A DNA stretch of 64,000 bases from an uncultured Gammaproteobacteria bacterium (GCA_963714975.1 CAVQQD010000001.1:388136-452135); one strand, 5' to 3'; numbered from the stretch's first letter, positions 20,116 to 32,690 are shown. Numbers and translations: made by a program. The notes: a model not told the origin generated them from the letters alone.

Positions 20116-22998
20116 ATGGCAGATTCCATGCAAGCAGCATTAGCTGCATCCTATTTATCGGACAGTAACGCAGGTTACTTAGAAGAGCTTTACGAACAAT
20201 TTCTCCAAAACCCGGATGCGGTTGAGCCACAGTGGCGGCAATTTTTCCAATCCTTACCGGCCGTCAATGGTCCTGAGATTTCTCACGCTCAACTTCGAAG
20301 AGAGTTCTCCCTGTTGAACCAAAGGCACCCTCGAGGAGAGTTCCCCCCTTTGAAAAAGGGGGGTAGGGGGGGGGGTAGCATTGTTCGAGCGCAAGCAAGC
20401 GGCGGTTGATCGTCTTATCGAAGCTTACCGTGCTTATGGTTATCTTGCTGCCAAGATTAATCCCCTGGAAGACATAAGCTCTGTACCTCCGCAATTATCC
20501 TTGCGCTCGTATCCTGAGCTCGATGCCAGTGACTTACGGCGGACCTTTCGCGCGACGGGATTACTAGCTGCTTCTCAGGCCTCACTGCAGGAAATTATTG
20601 CAAAATTGGAACAAACCTACTGTGGCAGCATTGGCGCAGAATTTCATTACATTGAGAATGCCGCAGAATTGGCCTGGATTCAGCAGCGACTAGAGCACCG
20701 GCCACCTCAACTTACCCCAGAACAAAAGCGCACTATCCTGAAAGAACTCATTGCCGTCGATGGTTTGGAAAAATATTTAGCGGCTCGTTATGTCGGGCAA
20801 AAGCGTTTTTCCTTAGAGGGGGGGGACAGTTTCATCCCCTTTGTCCATGCGCTCAATCAACGAGCAACCCAGCAAGGGGTGCAAGAGGTCGTCGTGGGCA
20901 TGGCACATCGCGGGCGCTTAAACATACTGATTAATGTTTTTGGTAAGCCCCCTGAGGATTTATTTCAAGAATTCGAGGGGCGTAAAGATTATGGTCTGAA
21001 CTCGGGAGATGTGAAATACCATCTGGGTTATGCCTCGGATATTGAAACCCAGAGCGGTCCATTACATAGTTCGTTGGCTTGTAATCCCTCGCATTTAGAA
21101 GTAATTTGTGCGGTTTTAATGGGATCGGTACGAGCCAGACAAAAGCGGCGTAGTCCAGGCAATGAGTATGAAGTGATGGGCCTTTTGGTGCACGGCGATG
21201 CTTCGATTGCCGGCCAAGGCATTATCATGGAAACTTTAAATATGTCACAGACTAAAGCGTATGGCATTGGGGGTTCCGTTCATATCGTCATTAACAATCA
21301 GGTTGGTTTCACCATCAGCAATCCTCACGATGCTCGCTCCAGTCGTCATTGCACTGATATTGCAAAAATGATCGAATCGCCGGTGTTTCACGTGAATGGC
21401 GATGATCCCGAAGCGGTAGTATACCTCGCGCAATTAGCCGTGGATTTTCGTCGGCAGTTTAGCAAAGATGTCTTTGTCGATTTAGTGTGTTATCGACGGC
21501 TCGGCCATAATGAGGCCGATGAACCCGCCGCTACACAGCCTACGATGTATGAATTTATCCGGCAACATGCAACACCGCGGGAATTATATGCGCAAAAATT
21601 GCTGCAAGAAGGCATTTGCACCCAAGCAGAAGTCGATGCCTGGGTCAGTGAGTATCGTGATGCGATGGATGCAGGTCATGCTGTTGTGCCAACACAGCCT
21701 GATGGCCTAACGACGAAATATGCATCCGACTGGCGGCCTTACTTGAATCAGCTATGGACTGCCCCTGCAGAAACAGCAGTAGCTCGAACGAAATTACTCG
21801 CTCTAGGTACAAAACTACGGCATCTGCCAGAAGGGTTTGAAGTGCAACGACAAGTAGGCCATACCCTGGAAGCTCGGGCGCAGATGATGGCAGGAAAATT
21901 GCCATTGGATTGGGGTTGTGCGGAAACTTTAGCCTATGCCACTTTACTGGATCAAGATTATTCAGTCCGCATGTCGGGTGAGGATTGCCAACGTGGCACT
22001 TTTGCCCATCGTCATGCTGTGTTGCACGATCAAAAAACCGGACAAATCTATACCCCATTAGCCAATATTAGTGCCACGCAAGCCTCGTTTACTATTTATG
22101 ATTCATTACTATCTGAAGAAGGAACGATGGGCTTTGAATATGGTTATGCAAGTACGAATCCTACCACCCTCACCTTGTGGGAAGCTCAGTACGGAGATTT
22201 TGCCAATGGGGCACAAATTATTGCCGATCAATTCATCAGTGCGGGTTTTCAAAAATGGGGGAATTTATGCGGTTTAACTTTATTGTTACCCATGGCTTTG
22301 AGGGAGGCGGCCCAGAGCACTCTTCGGCCCGCTTGGAACGGTATTTGCAACTCTGTGCCCAAGATAATATGCAAGTCTGTGTCCCTTCCACGCCTGCGCA
22401 ATTATTTCATTTACTGCGTCGTCAAGTGATCAGGCCTTATCGAACCCCGCTGATTGTGATGACCCCGAAAAGTCTACTGCGCAATAAACTGGCGGTTTCC
22501 CCACTGGAGGAATTAAGCCAGGGACATTTCCAATTAGTGATTCCAGAAATTGATGCCATCGATCCGCAAAAAGTGCGACGAGTCATTCTATGCAGTGGTA
22601 AAGTCTATTACGAGTTGTTAACGCAGCGTCGTGAGCTTGGCCTAGAGGATTGTGCAATTTTACGTATTGAGCAGTTATATCCTTTCCCCCATGACGACTT
22701 GTTGACTAAATTGCGACAATTCCCGAACGCGACTGAGATGGTGTGGTGCCAAGAAGAACCTGAGAATCAAGGAGCTTGGTATACTATTTATCACTGTCTA
22801 AAAACTTGTTTGGCGGTTGGACAGGGGTTACATTATGCTGGTCGGCCTGCTGCTGCCGCACCTGCGGCGGGATATACAAAATTGCACTTACAACAACAGG
22901 CCGCGTTAATTGAACAGGCCCTTAAAGTCCCCTCCCCCCACCCGAGCGTCAGCGAGGGAAGGTGGGAGAGGGTTAGGGAGAGGGGGTGTGTAATTTAG
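20116..22998 (+). CDS. sucA: 2-oxoglutarate dehydrogenase E1 (two apparent indels; two REP-derived peptides)
   Basis: YLEELYEQF, KRFSLEG, GMAHRGRLN, GDVKYH, HGDA, WEAQYGDF, GPEHSSARLERYL. Confidence 0.95.
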
Positions 22999-23074
22999 GC
23001 TCACCCCTCTCCCGCCGCGCTATGCGCGTCGACCTCTCCCACAAGGGGAGAGGTAAATGATATGAGGAAAAACT

Positions 23075-24277
23075 ATGAGCATTGAAATTCATGTTCCTGC
23101 CTTACCCGAATCGGTAAGCGATGCTACCGTAGCCAAATGGCACATCAAAGTTGGTGATTTTATCGAACGCGATAAGACCTTGCTGGAACTGGAAACCGAC
23201 AAAGTGATGTTAGAAGTTCCAGCTCCTCATGCTGGAATCTTGGAAAAAATCCTGGCTCCGGAGGGTAGCACGGTAAAAGCACAAGATGTGCTTGGCGTTT
23301 TGCGAGAGGGCGCAGCTGAGGGAGCTAAACCTGCAGCAGAAGCTCAACCTGCCCCCAAGCCCCAACCTGCTGCTGCCGCCGCTACCGCTCCTTCCCCGGT
23401 GTCACCTTCAGTGCGTCGGTTAATGACTGAAAAAGAAGTGGAGGCAGGTCAAGTTACTGGCACTGGCAAAGCAGGGCGAATCACTCGCGAAGATGTGCTG
23501 CAATATGTCAACCAAGCCAAGGAAACTGGTCCCGCCGCTGAATCGGTGCCGATGGTCGTGTTAGAAGAATTAGGAGAACGCGCTGAAAAACGCGTCCCAA
23601 TGTCGCGTTTACGGGCCCGCATAGCCGAACGACTCGTCGAAGCCCAACACAATGCGGCAATGCTCACCACTTTTAATGAAGTCAATATGCAAGCGGTAAT
23701 GGACCTGCGTGCTCGGTACAAAGAATCCTTTGAAAAATCCCAGGGAGTAAAGCTAGGGATTATGTCGTTTTTCGTCAAAGCAGCTATCGAAGCTTTGAAA
23801 CGTTTCCCCGTCGTCAATGCCTCACTGGATGGCAATGATGTGGTCTATCATGGCTATTATGATATCGGCATTGCTGTCTCAACCCCCCGCGGTTTAGTCG
23901 TCCCGGTATTACGAGAGGTGGATAGCTTAAGCATGGCGGATATCGAAAAAGCGATTATTTCCTCGGCAGAAAAAGCGCGCGATGGCAAGCTCACGATTGA
24001 AGAAATGACCGGAGGCACCTTCACCATCACCAATGGCGGCGTATTCGGCTCCATGCTCTCGACCCCGATTTTAAATGCGCCCCAATGTGCTATTTTAGGG
24101 ATGCATAATATTGTCAAACGTCCCGTGGTCGAGAATGACCAAATCGTCATTCGACCCATCATGTATGTCGCGCTCTCCTATGACCATCGACTCATTGATG
24201 GCCGCGAATCGGTAAGCTTTTTATTAATGATTAAACAATTGCTCGAAGACCCGAGCCGATTTTTGTTAAATATATGA
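23075..24277 (+). CDS. sucB: Dihydrolipoamide succinyltransferase E2
   Basis: ETDKV lipoyl site, [17 protein letters not shown]. Confidence 0.97.
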   Translation: MSIEIHVPALPESVSDATVAKWHIKVGDFIERDKTLLELETDKVMLEVPAPHAGILEKILAPEGSTVKAQDVLGVLREGAAEGAKPAAEAQPAPKPQPAAAAATAPSPVSPSVRRLMTEKEVEAGQVTGTGKAGRITREDVLQYVNQAKETGPAAESVPMVVLEELGERAEKRVPMSRLRARIAERLVEAQHNAAMLTTFNEVNMQAVMDLRARYKESFEKSQGVKLGIMSFFVKAAIEALKRFPVVNASLDGNDVVYHGYYDIGIAVSTPRGLVVPVLREVDSLSMADIEKAIISSAEKARDGKLTIEEMTGGTFTITNGGVFGSMLSTPILNAPQCAILGMHNIVKRPVVENDQIVIRPIMYVALSYDHRLIDGRESVSFLLMIKQLLEDPSRFLLNI

Positions 24278-24567
24278 ATGAGCAGAAAAGAAATATCAGA
24301 TCGTATGAAATTCCTGAAACCTGCGGCGGCCTTGGTGGGCTTGCCGGTTTAGCTGGATCTGGTTATGTTTTGTATCTATTTATTCAGGGCGCAATAGACA
24401 ATGGTTACAAGCCTTCTGTGGATATAGTCCTTCCAGCGCTCATTGGAATTATAGTCGTATGGCTTTCCGCAGGTATTGGCTGTGGACTTGGATTCGGTGT
24501 CGGCTGCGGCGTGGAAAAGGTAGCGCAATGTATTCACCCTGAGGCAGGAACAGTACCTCAAATTTAG
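24274..24567 (+). CDS. Small Gly-rich membrane protein coupled to sucB
   Basis: ATGA overlap with the sucB stop; two hydrophobic segments. Confidence 0.55.
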   Translation: MNEQKRNIRSYEIPETCGGLGGLAGLAGSGYVLYLFIQGAIDNGYKPSVDIVLPALIGIIVVWLSAGIGCGLGFGVGCGVEKVAQCIHPEAGTVPQI

Positions 24568-24597
24568 ATCAAACACTCTAAATCGTAGCAGATAACC

Positions 24598-24630
24598 CTT
24601 AATGTTTTCGTAAGTTTACGTCTCTATAAT
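24598..24630 (+). promoter_or_regulatory. PmrA-like box plus -10 element
   Basis: CTTAATGTT-tt-CGTAAGTTT-N7-TATAAT, resembling the Legionella/Coxiella PmrA consensus cTTAATatT-N2-cTTAATatT. Confidence 0.7.
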
Positions 24631-24808
24631 CCTAGATTCGGCAGTAGAAACCTACTGCGAGGGCTTAATACATTGAATCTCTCGCTTATTTTTATATTTT
24701 TTTCTTTCACCGTACGGGTGAGTACGCCTTCAAGAAAAAAATTTAAAAATAATCAAGATCTTCAACGTCTTAATCCCTCTCGCTACGGTTTCTACTGCCG
24801 AATCTAGG
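24631..24808. mobile_element. 178-bp fold-back MITE, copy 1
   Basis: 22-bp TIR CCTAGATTCGGCAGTAGAAACC; two differences from 52653-52830 by eye. Confidence 0.9.
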
Positions 24809-24845
24809 ATAATACAAGCAATCTCAATTCTAACCAGCGAGGTAA

Positions 24846-25511
24846 ATGAACATGTCGTCAGAGTTTTCAGTAGAACAAATTGATGAGCTAAGAAACCAAT
24901 ATATCAATGGGCCAAGATATTGGACCGCAGTGGGAAGTATTATCGGAGCTGTCTGTTTAGCGGGAGGAATTTACAGTGCCTTTACCATACTTAAAGGAGG
25001 GGCATATACAGAGGACTTATTGATTGGCGCAGGATTTGGGCTAATCGGACTTGGATTACTTACTTATGCGGCTTACAAATTCTGGCAATCTTACCAAGCA
25101 GAAGAACAATTAAACGATAATATGATAAAAAACCGTTGGAACGAAGCACAGCAAACAAAATTAGTCCAAGAAGCTGCTTTTGTTACTGGTTGGAGCACCA
25201 TGTTGAAACCAGGGTTCACAGCAGGTTTTTTAACCACTGCTGCAATCACTATTTATGAGGGCATTACCAACGACACAGCACTCGTGTCCGGGTTCATGGG
25301 TGGTGGGATTGCTTTTCTTGGCTTGGCAATATTCGGTTCATTGGTCTATAACTATTATCGAGCTTCTGAAGCTATGCGGGAGTTAGAGAAGATTAAGCCA
25401 ACCAATGCTTGGCAATTTCCAACCAATGCTTGGCAATTGATTGGCGATTATAGAAAACAGCAAGAGCAGGATGGTTGTTGCCCTAATTTTCGGGATATCC
25501 CCTGCCGTTAG
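24846..25511 (+). CDS. Effector-like membrane protein with four TM segments
   Basis: SD GAGG; two hydrophobic hairpins; downstream of a PmrA-like promoter. Confidence 0.7.
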   Translation: MNMSSEFSVEQIDELRNQYINGPRYWTAVGSIIGAVCLAGGIYSAFTILKGGAYTEDLLIGAGFGLIGLGLLTYAAYKFWQSYQAEEQLNDNMIKNRWNEAQQTKLVQEAAFVTGWSTMLKPGFTAGFLTTAAITIYEGITNDTALVSGFMGGGIAFLGLAIFGSLVYNYYRASEAMRELEKIKPTNAWQFPTNAWQLIGDYRKQQEQDGCCPNFRDIPCR

Positions 25512-25575
25512 CCTCTGTAGGGTCCATATATGTGTGCATCGGATAGCTCTCACAAGGGCAGAAGGAAATTAGTAA

Positions 25576-25827
25576 CTAACGCCCAAGCCTGCGTTTTCTA
25601 ATTTGGATTAGGCCGAATATGCTCACTAACGCCCAAGCTGATTCCATCAAAACTGCCGGTAAATTCCAGTCATACCCCAGAGAAAATAAAATCATCAGTG
25701 CGCCTAATAAATTTAATAGTGGATATCCCCAGTTTAATGGGGTAATTTTATTCAGTTGCAATAAAAAATAGGCCAGCAATATAAACGCTACGCCAATTAA
25801 ACCTACTAGATTAGCAAATTCAGTCAT
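25576..25827 (-). CDS. Small membrane protein resembling the CBU_0592 family
   Basis: [16 protein letters not shown]...LNLLGA...ESAWALVS. Confidence 0.7.
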   Translation of the reverse strand: MTEFANLVGLIGVAFILLAYFLLQLNKITPLNWGYPLLNLLGALMILFSLGYDWNLPAVLMESAWALVSIFGLIQIRKRRLGR

Positions 25828-26374
25828 GATGAGATCTCCTTTAAATCCCCTTTTGATCCCCCTCTCCCCAACCCTCTCCCACCTTCGGGGGAGAGGGGGA
25901 CAAAAGGAGGGTGGAAGGGATTTTCATATAGTTTTATTTGAGCCGGAAATTCCTCCGAATACTGGCAATATTATTCGGCTTTGCGCTAATACGGGCAGTC
26001 AATTACACCTCATTCATCCCTTAGGTTTTACTCTACAAGATAAGCAATTACAGCGCGCTGGTTTAGATTATCATGAATGGGTTGGCATTCAACACTATAA
26101 CAGCTTTGATGATTTCTTAAAAACACAACAACCGTCGCGATTATTTGCTTGCTCAACAAAAGGTCAAACTCATTATGATCAGGTAGAATTTAAGAAAGGC
26201 GATGGATTTTTATTTGGTCCAGAAACTCGGGGCTTGCCAGAAACAATACTAAAATCTCTTGCCATCGAGCAAATTTTGCGCATCCCAATGCTTGCTCATA
26301 GCCGCAGCTTAAATTTATCTAATGCTGCTGCAGTGATCTTATATGAAGCTTGGCGCCAAGTGGGATTTTGTTAG
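25826..26374 (+). CDS. trmL: tRNA (C34/U34) 2'-O-methyltransferase TrmL; start uncertain
   Basis: [39 protein letters not shown]; the N-terminal 32 aa include a REP. Confidence 0.93.
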   Translation: MMRSPLNPLLIPLSPTLSHLRGRGGQKEGGRDFHIVLFEPEIPPNTGNIIRLCANTGSQLHLIHPLGFTLQDKQLQRAGLDYHEWVGIQHYNSFDDFLKTQQPSRLFACSTKGQTHYDQVEFKKGDGFLFGPETRGLPETILKSLAIEQILRIPMLAHSRSLNLSNAAAVILYEAWRQVGFC

Positions 26375-26431
26375 CGTTTGACGGTAGGGGTGTGCAAGGA
26401 CGACGTGGCCCACCCCTTTATGAGAGGGAGA

Positions 26432-26767
26432 CTAATATTGATTTGCAGGCGCGCTGGTGCTAGGAGAGGTCATCATGTCGGGTGAAGTCATTGCACCAGA
26501 ACCATTAGGTGCACTGGGTGCAGCAGTATTTTCTTGCGCGGGGGCAGCAGCTGGTTTAGCTTTAGCTTGATGCTTCTTGTGCTTAGCTTTTGGGGTTTGC
26601 TGAGTGCTGTTAGTAGTATCCATAGCAGAAGCTGCTGGCTGCATACTTGTCGCAGTCGACTGTTGGCTCTGATCCATGGCGGGGTTGCTAACAGCAGCTT
26701 GATCTTCCGCAGCAAAAGCAACAGAAACAGCCAATACACCTGCAGCGGCTAGGGCTAATTTTTTCAT
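26432..26767 (-). CDS. Secreted low-complexity Ala/Ser/Gln-rich protein
   Basis: Signal peptide MKKLALAAAGVLAVSVAFA, SD AAGGAG, basic KAKHKKH patch. Confidence 0.7.
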   Translation of the reverse strand: MKKLALAAAGVLAVSVAFAAEDQAAVSNPAMDQSQQSTATSMQPAASAMDTTNSTQQTPKAKHKKHQAKAKPAAAPAQENTAAPSAPNGSGAMTSPDMMTSPSTSAPANQY

Positions 26768-26862
26768 TTTTTTGAACTCCTTATTTTGTGGGGAATAATA
26801 AAACGTTAACCTTTTTTTCAAAGGTGCGAAATCATAAACAAAAAAATTAGTTTTGTGAAGAG

Positions 26863-27717
26863 CTATTCTTCTATTAAAGCTTTTTTTAACTTATCCATTG
26901 CCATTTTTTCAATTTGACGAATGCGTTCTGCAGAAATCCCATACTCAGCGGCTAATTCATGTAGGGTTGCCTTTTCTTGAGCCAGCCATCGTCGATGCAA
27001 AATATCTCGACTACGCTGATCTAATAAGGCGAGATTTTCTTGCAATAATCTTTCTCGATTTGCGGCCCAATCTTTATTTTCTAGCAATAGATCGGGGCTG
27101 TAACGTGAATCCTCTAAATAATCTTCAGGAGCAAGTGAGGAATAGTTGTCTTCTACCTTGAAGTCATCAAAAGCGTGATCATGCGCATTCATGCGCTGTT
27201 CCATGAGCGCTACATCTTCCGGACTAACATTCAATTCTTGCGCGACGGCTTGTTTTTCTGCATGACTAAACCACGTTAAACTTTTCGTGGCCTTCCGCAG
27301 ATTAAAAAATAATTTACGTTGTGCCTTGGTCGTTGCCACTTTGACAATGCGCCAATTACGGAGGATAAATTCATGAATTTCTGCTTTAATCCAATGAATC
27401 GCAAAAGAAACTAAACGTACTCCCATTTCGGGATTGAAGCGTTTGACCGCTTTCATTAAGCCGATGTTCCCTTCTTGAACCAAATCGGCAAGGGCCAGGC
27501 CATAGCCCAAATAAGTACGGGCAATGCTGACCACAAATCGCAAATGCGGTAAAACTAACTGCTTTGCTGCCTCAAGATCTTGATGGTAATAATAACGGCA
27601 AGCAAGCTCACGTTCTTGCTCTAGCGTTAGAATGGGTATTTGGTTGATTTGTGCAACGTAGGCATCTAAATTACCAATAGGGACGGCGGCATTAAATTTT
27701 TGTAGACTTTTGTTCAT
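26863..27717 (-). CDS. rpoH: Heat-shock sigma factor sigma32
   Basis: RpoH box QRKLFFNLR, DLVQEGNIGLMKAV. Confidence 0.97.
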   Translation of the reverse strand: MNKSLQKFNAAVPIGNLDAYVAQINQIPILTLEQERELACRYYYHQDLEAAKQLVLPHLRFVVSIARTYLGYGLALADLVQEGNIGLMKAVKRFNPEMGVRLVSFAIHWIKAEIHEFILRNWRIVKVATTKAQRKLFFNLRKATKSLTWFSHAEKQAVAQELNVSPEDVALMEQRMNAHDHAFDDFKVEDNYSSLAPEDYLEDSRYSPDLLLENKDWAANRERLLQENLALLDQRSRDILHRRWLAQEKATLHELAAEYGISAERIRQIEKMAMDKLKKALIEE

Positions 27718-27771
27718 AGGACCCTTAGCTTTCTCAGTAACAGGAGGACCGCTATTCTACACTGTTAGGGG

Positions 27772-29175
27772 CTAAAAAGGCAAAGAAAGCGCTGGATCGA
27801 TAGCCAACATTTGCTCGCGGAAAATAGTTTGGATGCGTTGTAACATGGCTTCATCATCCGCTTCAAAGCGTAGCGTCAGACAGGCCGTGGTATTTGACAT
27901 CCGCACCAGCCCCCAGCCATTGACAAAATCAACCCGCATTCCATCAATAGTATTGACTTTTCCCTCTTGAAAATTACCTCTAGCCGCAAGTTGTTGCATA
28001 AAAGTTACTTTTTGCTGCTCGGGCAAGGGCACTTTAATTTCCGGAGTATTGATGCTGTTCGGATATCCCTGGAAAATTACACTTAGTTTACGAGTGTCGT
28101 GACTTAAAATTTCTAGCAAGCGTGCTCCAGTATATAATCCATCATCAAAACCAAACCAACGGTCTTTAAAGAAAATATGCCCACTCATTTCACCTGCTAA
28201 AAGCGCACCGGACTCCCTAAGCTTGGCTTTTATCAGAGAATGGCCCGTTTTCCACATTAAGGGTTTACCGCCTGCTTGTTCGATGATCCAAGGTAAATTA
28301 CGAGTACATTTCACATCAAAAATAATTTCAGCGCCTGGATTGCGGGATAAAACATCTTGAGCAAACAGCATCATATAGCGATCCGGGAGAATAATCTCAC
28401 CTTGATCCGAAACCACGCCCAAGCGATCCCCATCCCCATCAAAAGCAAAGCCCACATCCGCTTGATGTTGAACCACAGCCTGCTGCAGAGGGTGTAAATT
28501 TTCCGCCACCATCGGGTCAGGATGATGATGAGGAAACGTTCCATCAACTTCACAGAACAGCTCGATGACATTACAACCCAATTGCCGAAATAATTGTGGC
28601 GCTAGCATACCCGTCACGCCATTGCCGGCATCAACCACCACCGTTAACGGGCGTTGTAAATGAACATCGCCCGTAATGCGATTAATGTAATCCTGGCTAA
28701 TATCATACTGTCGTAATGAACCATACTCCTGCCACTGATTAAATTGCTGATGCAGGACTCGCCGGTACAGCGCTTGAATATCAGCTTCCGCCAAGGTTTT
28801 AGCTTCGAGCACAATTTTCAGTCCATTGTGATCGGCCGGATTATGGCTACCTGTCAACATGATGCCAGAATAAGTTTTAAACCAATGAGCGTAAGTAGCA
28901 AAATATAAAACCGGGGTAGGCACCATCCCAATGTCAATGACGTCACGGCCACTTTCTCTCAGCCCAATTATTAAGGACTCCAGCAACGCCGGACTTGAGA
29001 CCCTGCCGTCTCGAGCGACGACTAGGCGGGATTGATGTTTCGAGGCTGCTTCTGTGCCGATGGCGCGGCCTAAAGCATGGACTATTTCCGGGGTAAAATT
29101 AGTGCTAACCACGCCACGAATGTCATAGGCACGAAATATCTCGGCGGGAATATTGGCAGATAAATGATCAAACAT
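27772..29175 (-). CDS. Phosphomannomutase/phosphoglucomutase (AlgC-like)
   Basis: FRAYDIRG, TGSHNP, DGDGDR, GEMSGH. Confidence 0.95.
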   Translation of the reverse strand: MFDHLSANIPAEIFRAYDIRGVVSTNFTPEIVHALGRAIGTEAASKHQSRLVVARDGRVSSPALLESLIIGLRESGRDVIDIGMVPTPVLYFATYAHWFKTYSGIMLTGSHNPADHNGLKIVLEAKTLAEADIQALYRRVLHQQFNQWQEYGSLRQYDISQDYINRITGDVHLQRPLTVVVDAGNGVTGMLAPQLFRQLGCNVIELFCEVDGTFPHHHPDPMVAENLHPLQQAVVQHQADVGFAFDGDGDRLGVVSDQGEIILPDRYMMLFAQDVLSRNPGAEIIFDVKCTRNLPWIIEQAGGKPLMWKTGHSLIKAKLRESGALLAGEMSGHIFFKDRWFGFDDGLYTGARLLEILSHDTRKLSVIFQGYPNSINTPEIKVPLPEQQKVTFMQQLAARGNFQEGKVNTIDGMRVDFVNGWGLVRMSNTTACLTLRFEADDEAMLQRIQTIFREQMLAIDPALSLPF

Positions 29176-29191
29176 GTGGTGATATCCTTGG

Positions 29192-29857
29192 CTAGAGCCT
29201 ATTGCGGGTTTCAACCCCTTGTGGGGTACCAATCAATAAAACATCTGCAGGCCGCTTGGCAAAAATACCACTCTCCACCACACCCGTAATATTTTTTAGT
29301 GCTTGCTCTAATGACACCGGATCGTGAGTGGTTAAATTATAGACATCGAGAATAATATTACCATTGTCAGTTTTATAGGCTTCCCGATAAATGGGATCGC
29401 CCCCTATTTTAACCAGTGCTCTGGCAACATAGCCTCTTGCCATGGGAATAACTTCAACTGGGATAGGCGTTCGACTGCCGAGGAGTTCCACTTGTTTGTT
29501 TTGATCAATAATGCAGACAAATTTCGTCGCTGCAGCCGCCAAAATCTTTTCACGGGTTAAAGCGCCACCCAAACCTTTAGTTAGGTAAAAATGCGGATTT
29601 GCCTCGTCTGCTCCATCAATATAAACATCCAGGCTACCCAGCGCATTTAAGTCATAAACAGGAATCTGATGAGCTTTGAGTAATTGCTCAGTGGCATTGG
29701 AACTGGCTACGGCGCCCTCAATGCGATGTTTAACTTGCGCAAGAGCTTCAATAAAAAAATTGATGGTAGAACCTGTGCCTACCCCTAAGACAGAATCTTG
29801 AGCTACATAAGCTAAGGCTGCCTGAGCAGCTGCGCGTTTTAATTGGTCTTGGTTCAT
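29192..29857 (-). CDS. rpiA: Ribose-5-phosphate isomerase A
   Basis: [26 protein letters not shown]. Confidence 0.97.
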   Translation of the reverse strand: MNQDQLKRAAAQAALAYVAQDSVLGVGTGSTINFFIEALAQVKHRIEGAVASSNATEQLLKAHQIPVYDLNALGSLDVYIDGADEANPHFYLTKGLGGALTREKILAAAATKFVCIIDQNKQVELLGSRTPIPVEVIPMARGYVARALVKIGGDPIYREAYKTDNGNIILDVYNLTTHDPVSLEQALKNITGVVESGIFAKRPADVLLIGTPQGVETRNRL

Positions 29858-31902
29858 TTCTGCTCGCTGATCCCATTCTGTTTTAATAAAGCATCTATCT
29901 TTGGAGGTCGACCTCGGAATTGAATAAATAAGTCCAAGGGTTCTGCTGACCCGCCGGTTTCTAATAAGGTGTGTAAGAATTCCATACCAGTAGCACGATC
30001 AAAAATGCCGCGTTCTTCAAATTTAGAAAAAGCATCGCAGGCAAGTACTTCAGCCCACTTGTAGCTATAATAGCCTGCTGCATAACCGCCAGTAAAAATA
30101 TGCCCAAATCCATGTTGAAAACGATTAAACTCTGGCGTCGGATAAATAAATAATTTTTGTCGAACTTCATCTAAAATGTGTTGAATTTGATTTTTTGCAG
30201 CAGGATCAAATTCGCCGTGTAAGCGAAAATCAAACAAGGCAAATTGTAATTGCCTAACCATTTGCATTGCCGATTGAAAATTCTTTGCTTTAATTAATTT
30301 ATCGAATAATTCTTCGGGCAAACGTTGCTGAGTTTTATAGTGCCGAGCCAATAAATCCACACTGGGTTTTTCCCAAGTCCAACTTTCCATAAATTGGCTT
30401 GCAACTTCAACCGCATCCCAGGGGATACCATTTAAACCAGAAACGCCGGCATGGTCAATGGTACTAAATAAGTGCTGTAGCGCATGTCCACATTCATGAA
30501 ACAGCGTATTCACTTCATCATGAGTGAATAAAGCAGGATCATTGCCCACCGGCGCATGAAAATTACACGTGATAAAGGCAATCGGGGTTTGAATAGCGCC
30601 ATTCGCTAACTTCCGACGAATGCGACAGTCTCCCATCCAAGCGCCATCTCTTTTCCCAGTTCGTGCATAGAGATCTAAATAAAGGTGACCACGGGAATTA
30701 CCGAGGTCGTCGCGTAGAGCAAAGAGGCGCACAGCATTATGCCAGACATCGGGATTTTCAATTTCCGTTATCTCAACGCCATAAAGGCGAAGAATTACTT
30801 CGAATAAACCTGCTAAGACCTGATCTTCAGGGAAATAGGGACGAAAATCTTCTTTGGCTACTGCATAGGCTTTTTGCCGCAGCTTTTCGCTATAATACAG
30901 CACGTCCCAAGCTTGCAGTTCATCCATCCCATAATTTTCTTTAGCGAATTGGCGAAGTTCAGCGAATTCTGTTTGAGCTTTTATAAGCGAGGCTCCCGCA
31001 AGTTCTTCTAGAAAGCTGATCACTTCAGTGGAAGTTTTAGCCATTTTATTTGCTAGAGAATAGGCTGCATAATGCTCAAATCCTACCAATTGGGCCATTT
31101 CTCGGCGAATTGCTAAGATATCTTCCATTATTTTGCTGTTGTCCCATTTACCTGCATTGGGACCTTGGTCAGAAGCGCGCGTGACATAAGCCGTATAAAA
31201 TTCCTTACGTAATTCACGGGAATCGGCATAGGTCATGATCGCTTCATAGGAAGGCATCTCTAAGGTAAATAACCAACCTGCTAATTGTTTTTTTTCGGCG
31301 GCTTGTTTCGCTGCAGAAATAGCATGAGGTGTAATGCCGGCTAATTCTGCTGCATCGACGATCAGGCGCTCCCAACCTTGGGTGGCGTCTAAAAAATTTT
31401 CCTGGAATGTGGTTTGTAATTGAGATAATTGCTTATTTAAATCAGCAAAGCGCTGTTTTGCCTTGGTGTCCAGATGCACCCCGGCTAGGCGGAAATCACG
31501 CAAAGTATGTTGAATAATTTTTTGTTGGGCCTGATCCAGTTGCGCAAATTCGCTGCTTTCGGCGATCGATTGCACTGCATGAAAAAGCTGCACATTGTGC
31601 ATTATTTCCATGCCAAATTCCGATAATTTTGGGATGCAAGCTTTATAAACAGCACGCCAAGCATTGGAATTAACCACTGAATTTAGATGGGTGATAGGAG
31701 ACCAAAAGAGGTGCAGCTCATCATCGTCTTCTTCAAGAGGTTGCAGCAAATTTTCCCAGGTGAATGGCCCTTTTTGCTCTAGAAGATGCGTTAATCTTTC
31801 CCGATGTCGTTGCAAAATACGGGTAAGCGCTGCTTCAACGTTTTCCGGATTTATTTGACTAAATGCCGGAAGATGAATTTCATTTTCTACCAGGGTGTTC
31901 AT
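29854..31902 (-). CDS. prlC: Oligopeptidase A (M3 family)
   Basis: HECGH zinc motif, [16 protein letters not shown]. Confidence 0.95.
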   Translation of the reverse strand: MNTLVENEIHLPAFSQINPENVEAALTRILQRHRERLTHLLEQKGPFTWENLLQPLEEDDDELHLFWSPITHLNSVVNSNAWRAVYKACIPKLSEFGMEIMHNVQLFHAVQSIAESSEFAQLDQAQQKIIQHTLRDFRLAGVHLDTKAKQRFADLNKQLSQLQTTFQENFLDATQGWERLIVDAAELAGITPHAISAAKQAAEKKQLAGWLFTLEMPSYEAIMTYADSRELRKEFYTAYVTRASDQGPNAGKWDNSKIMEDILAIRREMAQLVGFEHYAAYSLANKMAKTSTEVISFLEELAGASLIKAQTEFAELRQFAKENYGMDELQAWDVLYYSEKLRQKAYAVAKEDFRPYFPEDQVLAGLFEVILRLYGVEITEIENPDVWHNAVRLFALRDDLGNSRGHLYLDLYARTGKRDGAWMGDCRIRRKLANGAIQTPIAFITCNFHAPVGNDPALFTHDEVNTLFHECGHALQHLFSTIDHAGVSGLNGIPWDAVEVASQFMESWTWEKPSVDLLARHYKTQQRLPEELFDKLIKAKNFQSAMQMVRQLQFALFDFRLHGEFDPAAKNQIQHILDEVRQKLFIYPTPEFNRFQHGFGHIFTGGYAAGYYSYKWAEVLACDAFSKFEERGIFDRATGMEFLHTLLETGGSAEPLDLFIQFRGRPPKIDALLKQNGISEQK

Positions 31903-31986
31903 AGTAATATCTCACTATTCCTTCTCCCCTTGTGAGAGAAGGTGGCCGCAGGCCGGATGAGGGGTTGGGAGAGGGGGTCATAAATC

Positions 31987-32568
31987 TCATGGCCTCATAT
32001 TCTTCTCAGCAAACTCCCAATTGACCACATTCCAAAAATTATCCACATATTTGGGTCGATCGTTGCGGGTATCGATGTAGTAAGCATGTTCCCAAACATC
32101 GCAGGTAAGCAATGCGATTTTATCGTCAATCATAGGCGTTGCTGCATTGGAGGTGCTGTAAATTTCCAAAGACCCATCTGGGTTTTTGGCTAGCCAGCCC
32201 CAGCCTGAACCAAATTGATTGATGCAAGTACTGCTAAATTTTTCTTTGAAGACATTGAACGAACCAAACGTCTCTTTAATAGCCTCAGCTAAATCGCCTT
32301 TCGGCTCTCCACCTCCGTTAGGTTTCATGCAATGCCAATAAAAGGTATGGTTCCATACTTGGGCGGCATTATTAAAAATGGCTCCCGAAGCAGTAGTAAT
32401 AATTTTTTCCAAATTTTGGCCAGCAAAAGAGGTGTTTTCAATTAAGCTATTCAGCTTATTGACATAGGCTTGGTGATGTTTTCCGTAATGATACTGCAAG
32501 GTTTCCTCAGAAATATGCGGGGCGAGGGCGTTCAATGCATAAGGTAGTTCGGGAAGTTGAAATGCCAT
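31987..32568 (-). CDS. sodB: Fe superoxide dismutase
   Basis: HYGKHH, FNNAAQVWNH, DVWEHAYY. Confidence 0.96.
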   Translation of the reverse strand: MAFQLPELPYALNALAPHISEETLQYHYGKHHQAYVNKLNSLIENTSFAGQNLEKIITTASGAIFNNAAQVWNHTFYWHCMKPNGGGEPKGDLAEAIKETFGSFNVFKEKFSSTCINQFGSGWGWLAKNPDGSLEIYSTSNAATPMIDDKIALLTCDVWEHAYYIDTRNDRPKYVDNFWNVVNWEFAEKNMRP

Positions 32569-32690
32569 GGCGTTGCTCCTTAAGGGGTACTTAAAAGTAG
32601 GAGCGGCAAGTTTAGCAGGGTGACCTGGTGGCGTCTAGCCCAAATCCCCTCAGATGTAAACGTGCCCGATTGCGTGCTGGATTCAGGAGA

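Noticed and set aside
19935-20129. 64-aa minus-strand ORF between sdhB and sucA
   Set aside because: It is the translation of the REP doublet, antisense to the operon.
32039-32047. Perfect DnaA box TTATCCACA
   Set aside because: It is isolated inside sodB and expected by chance.
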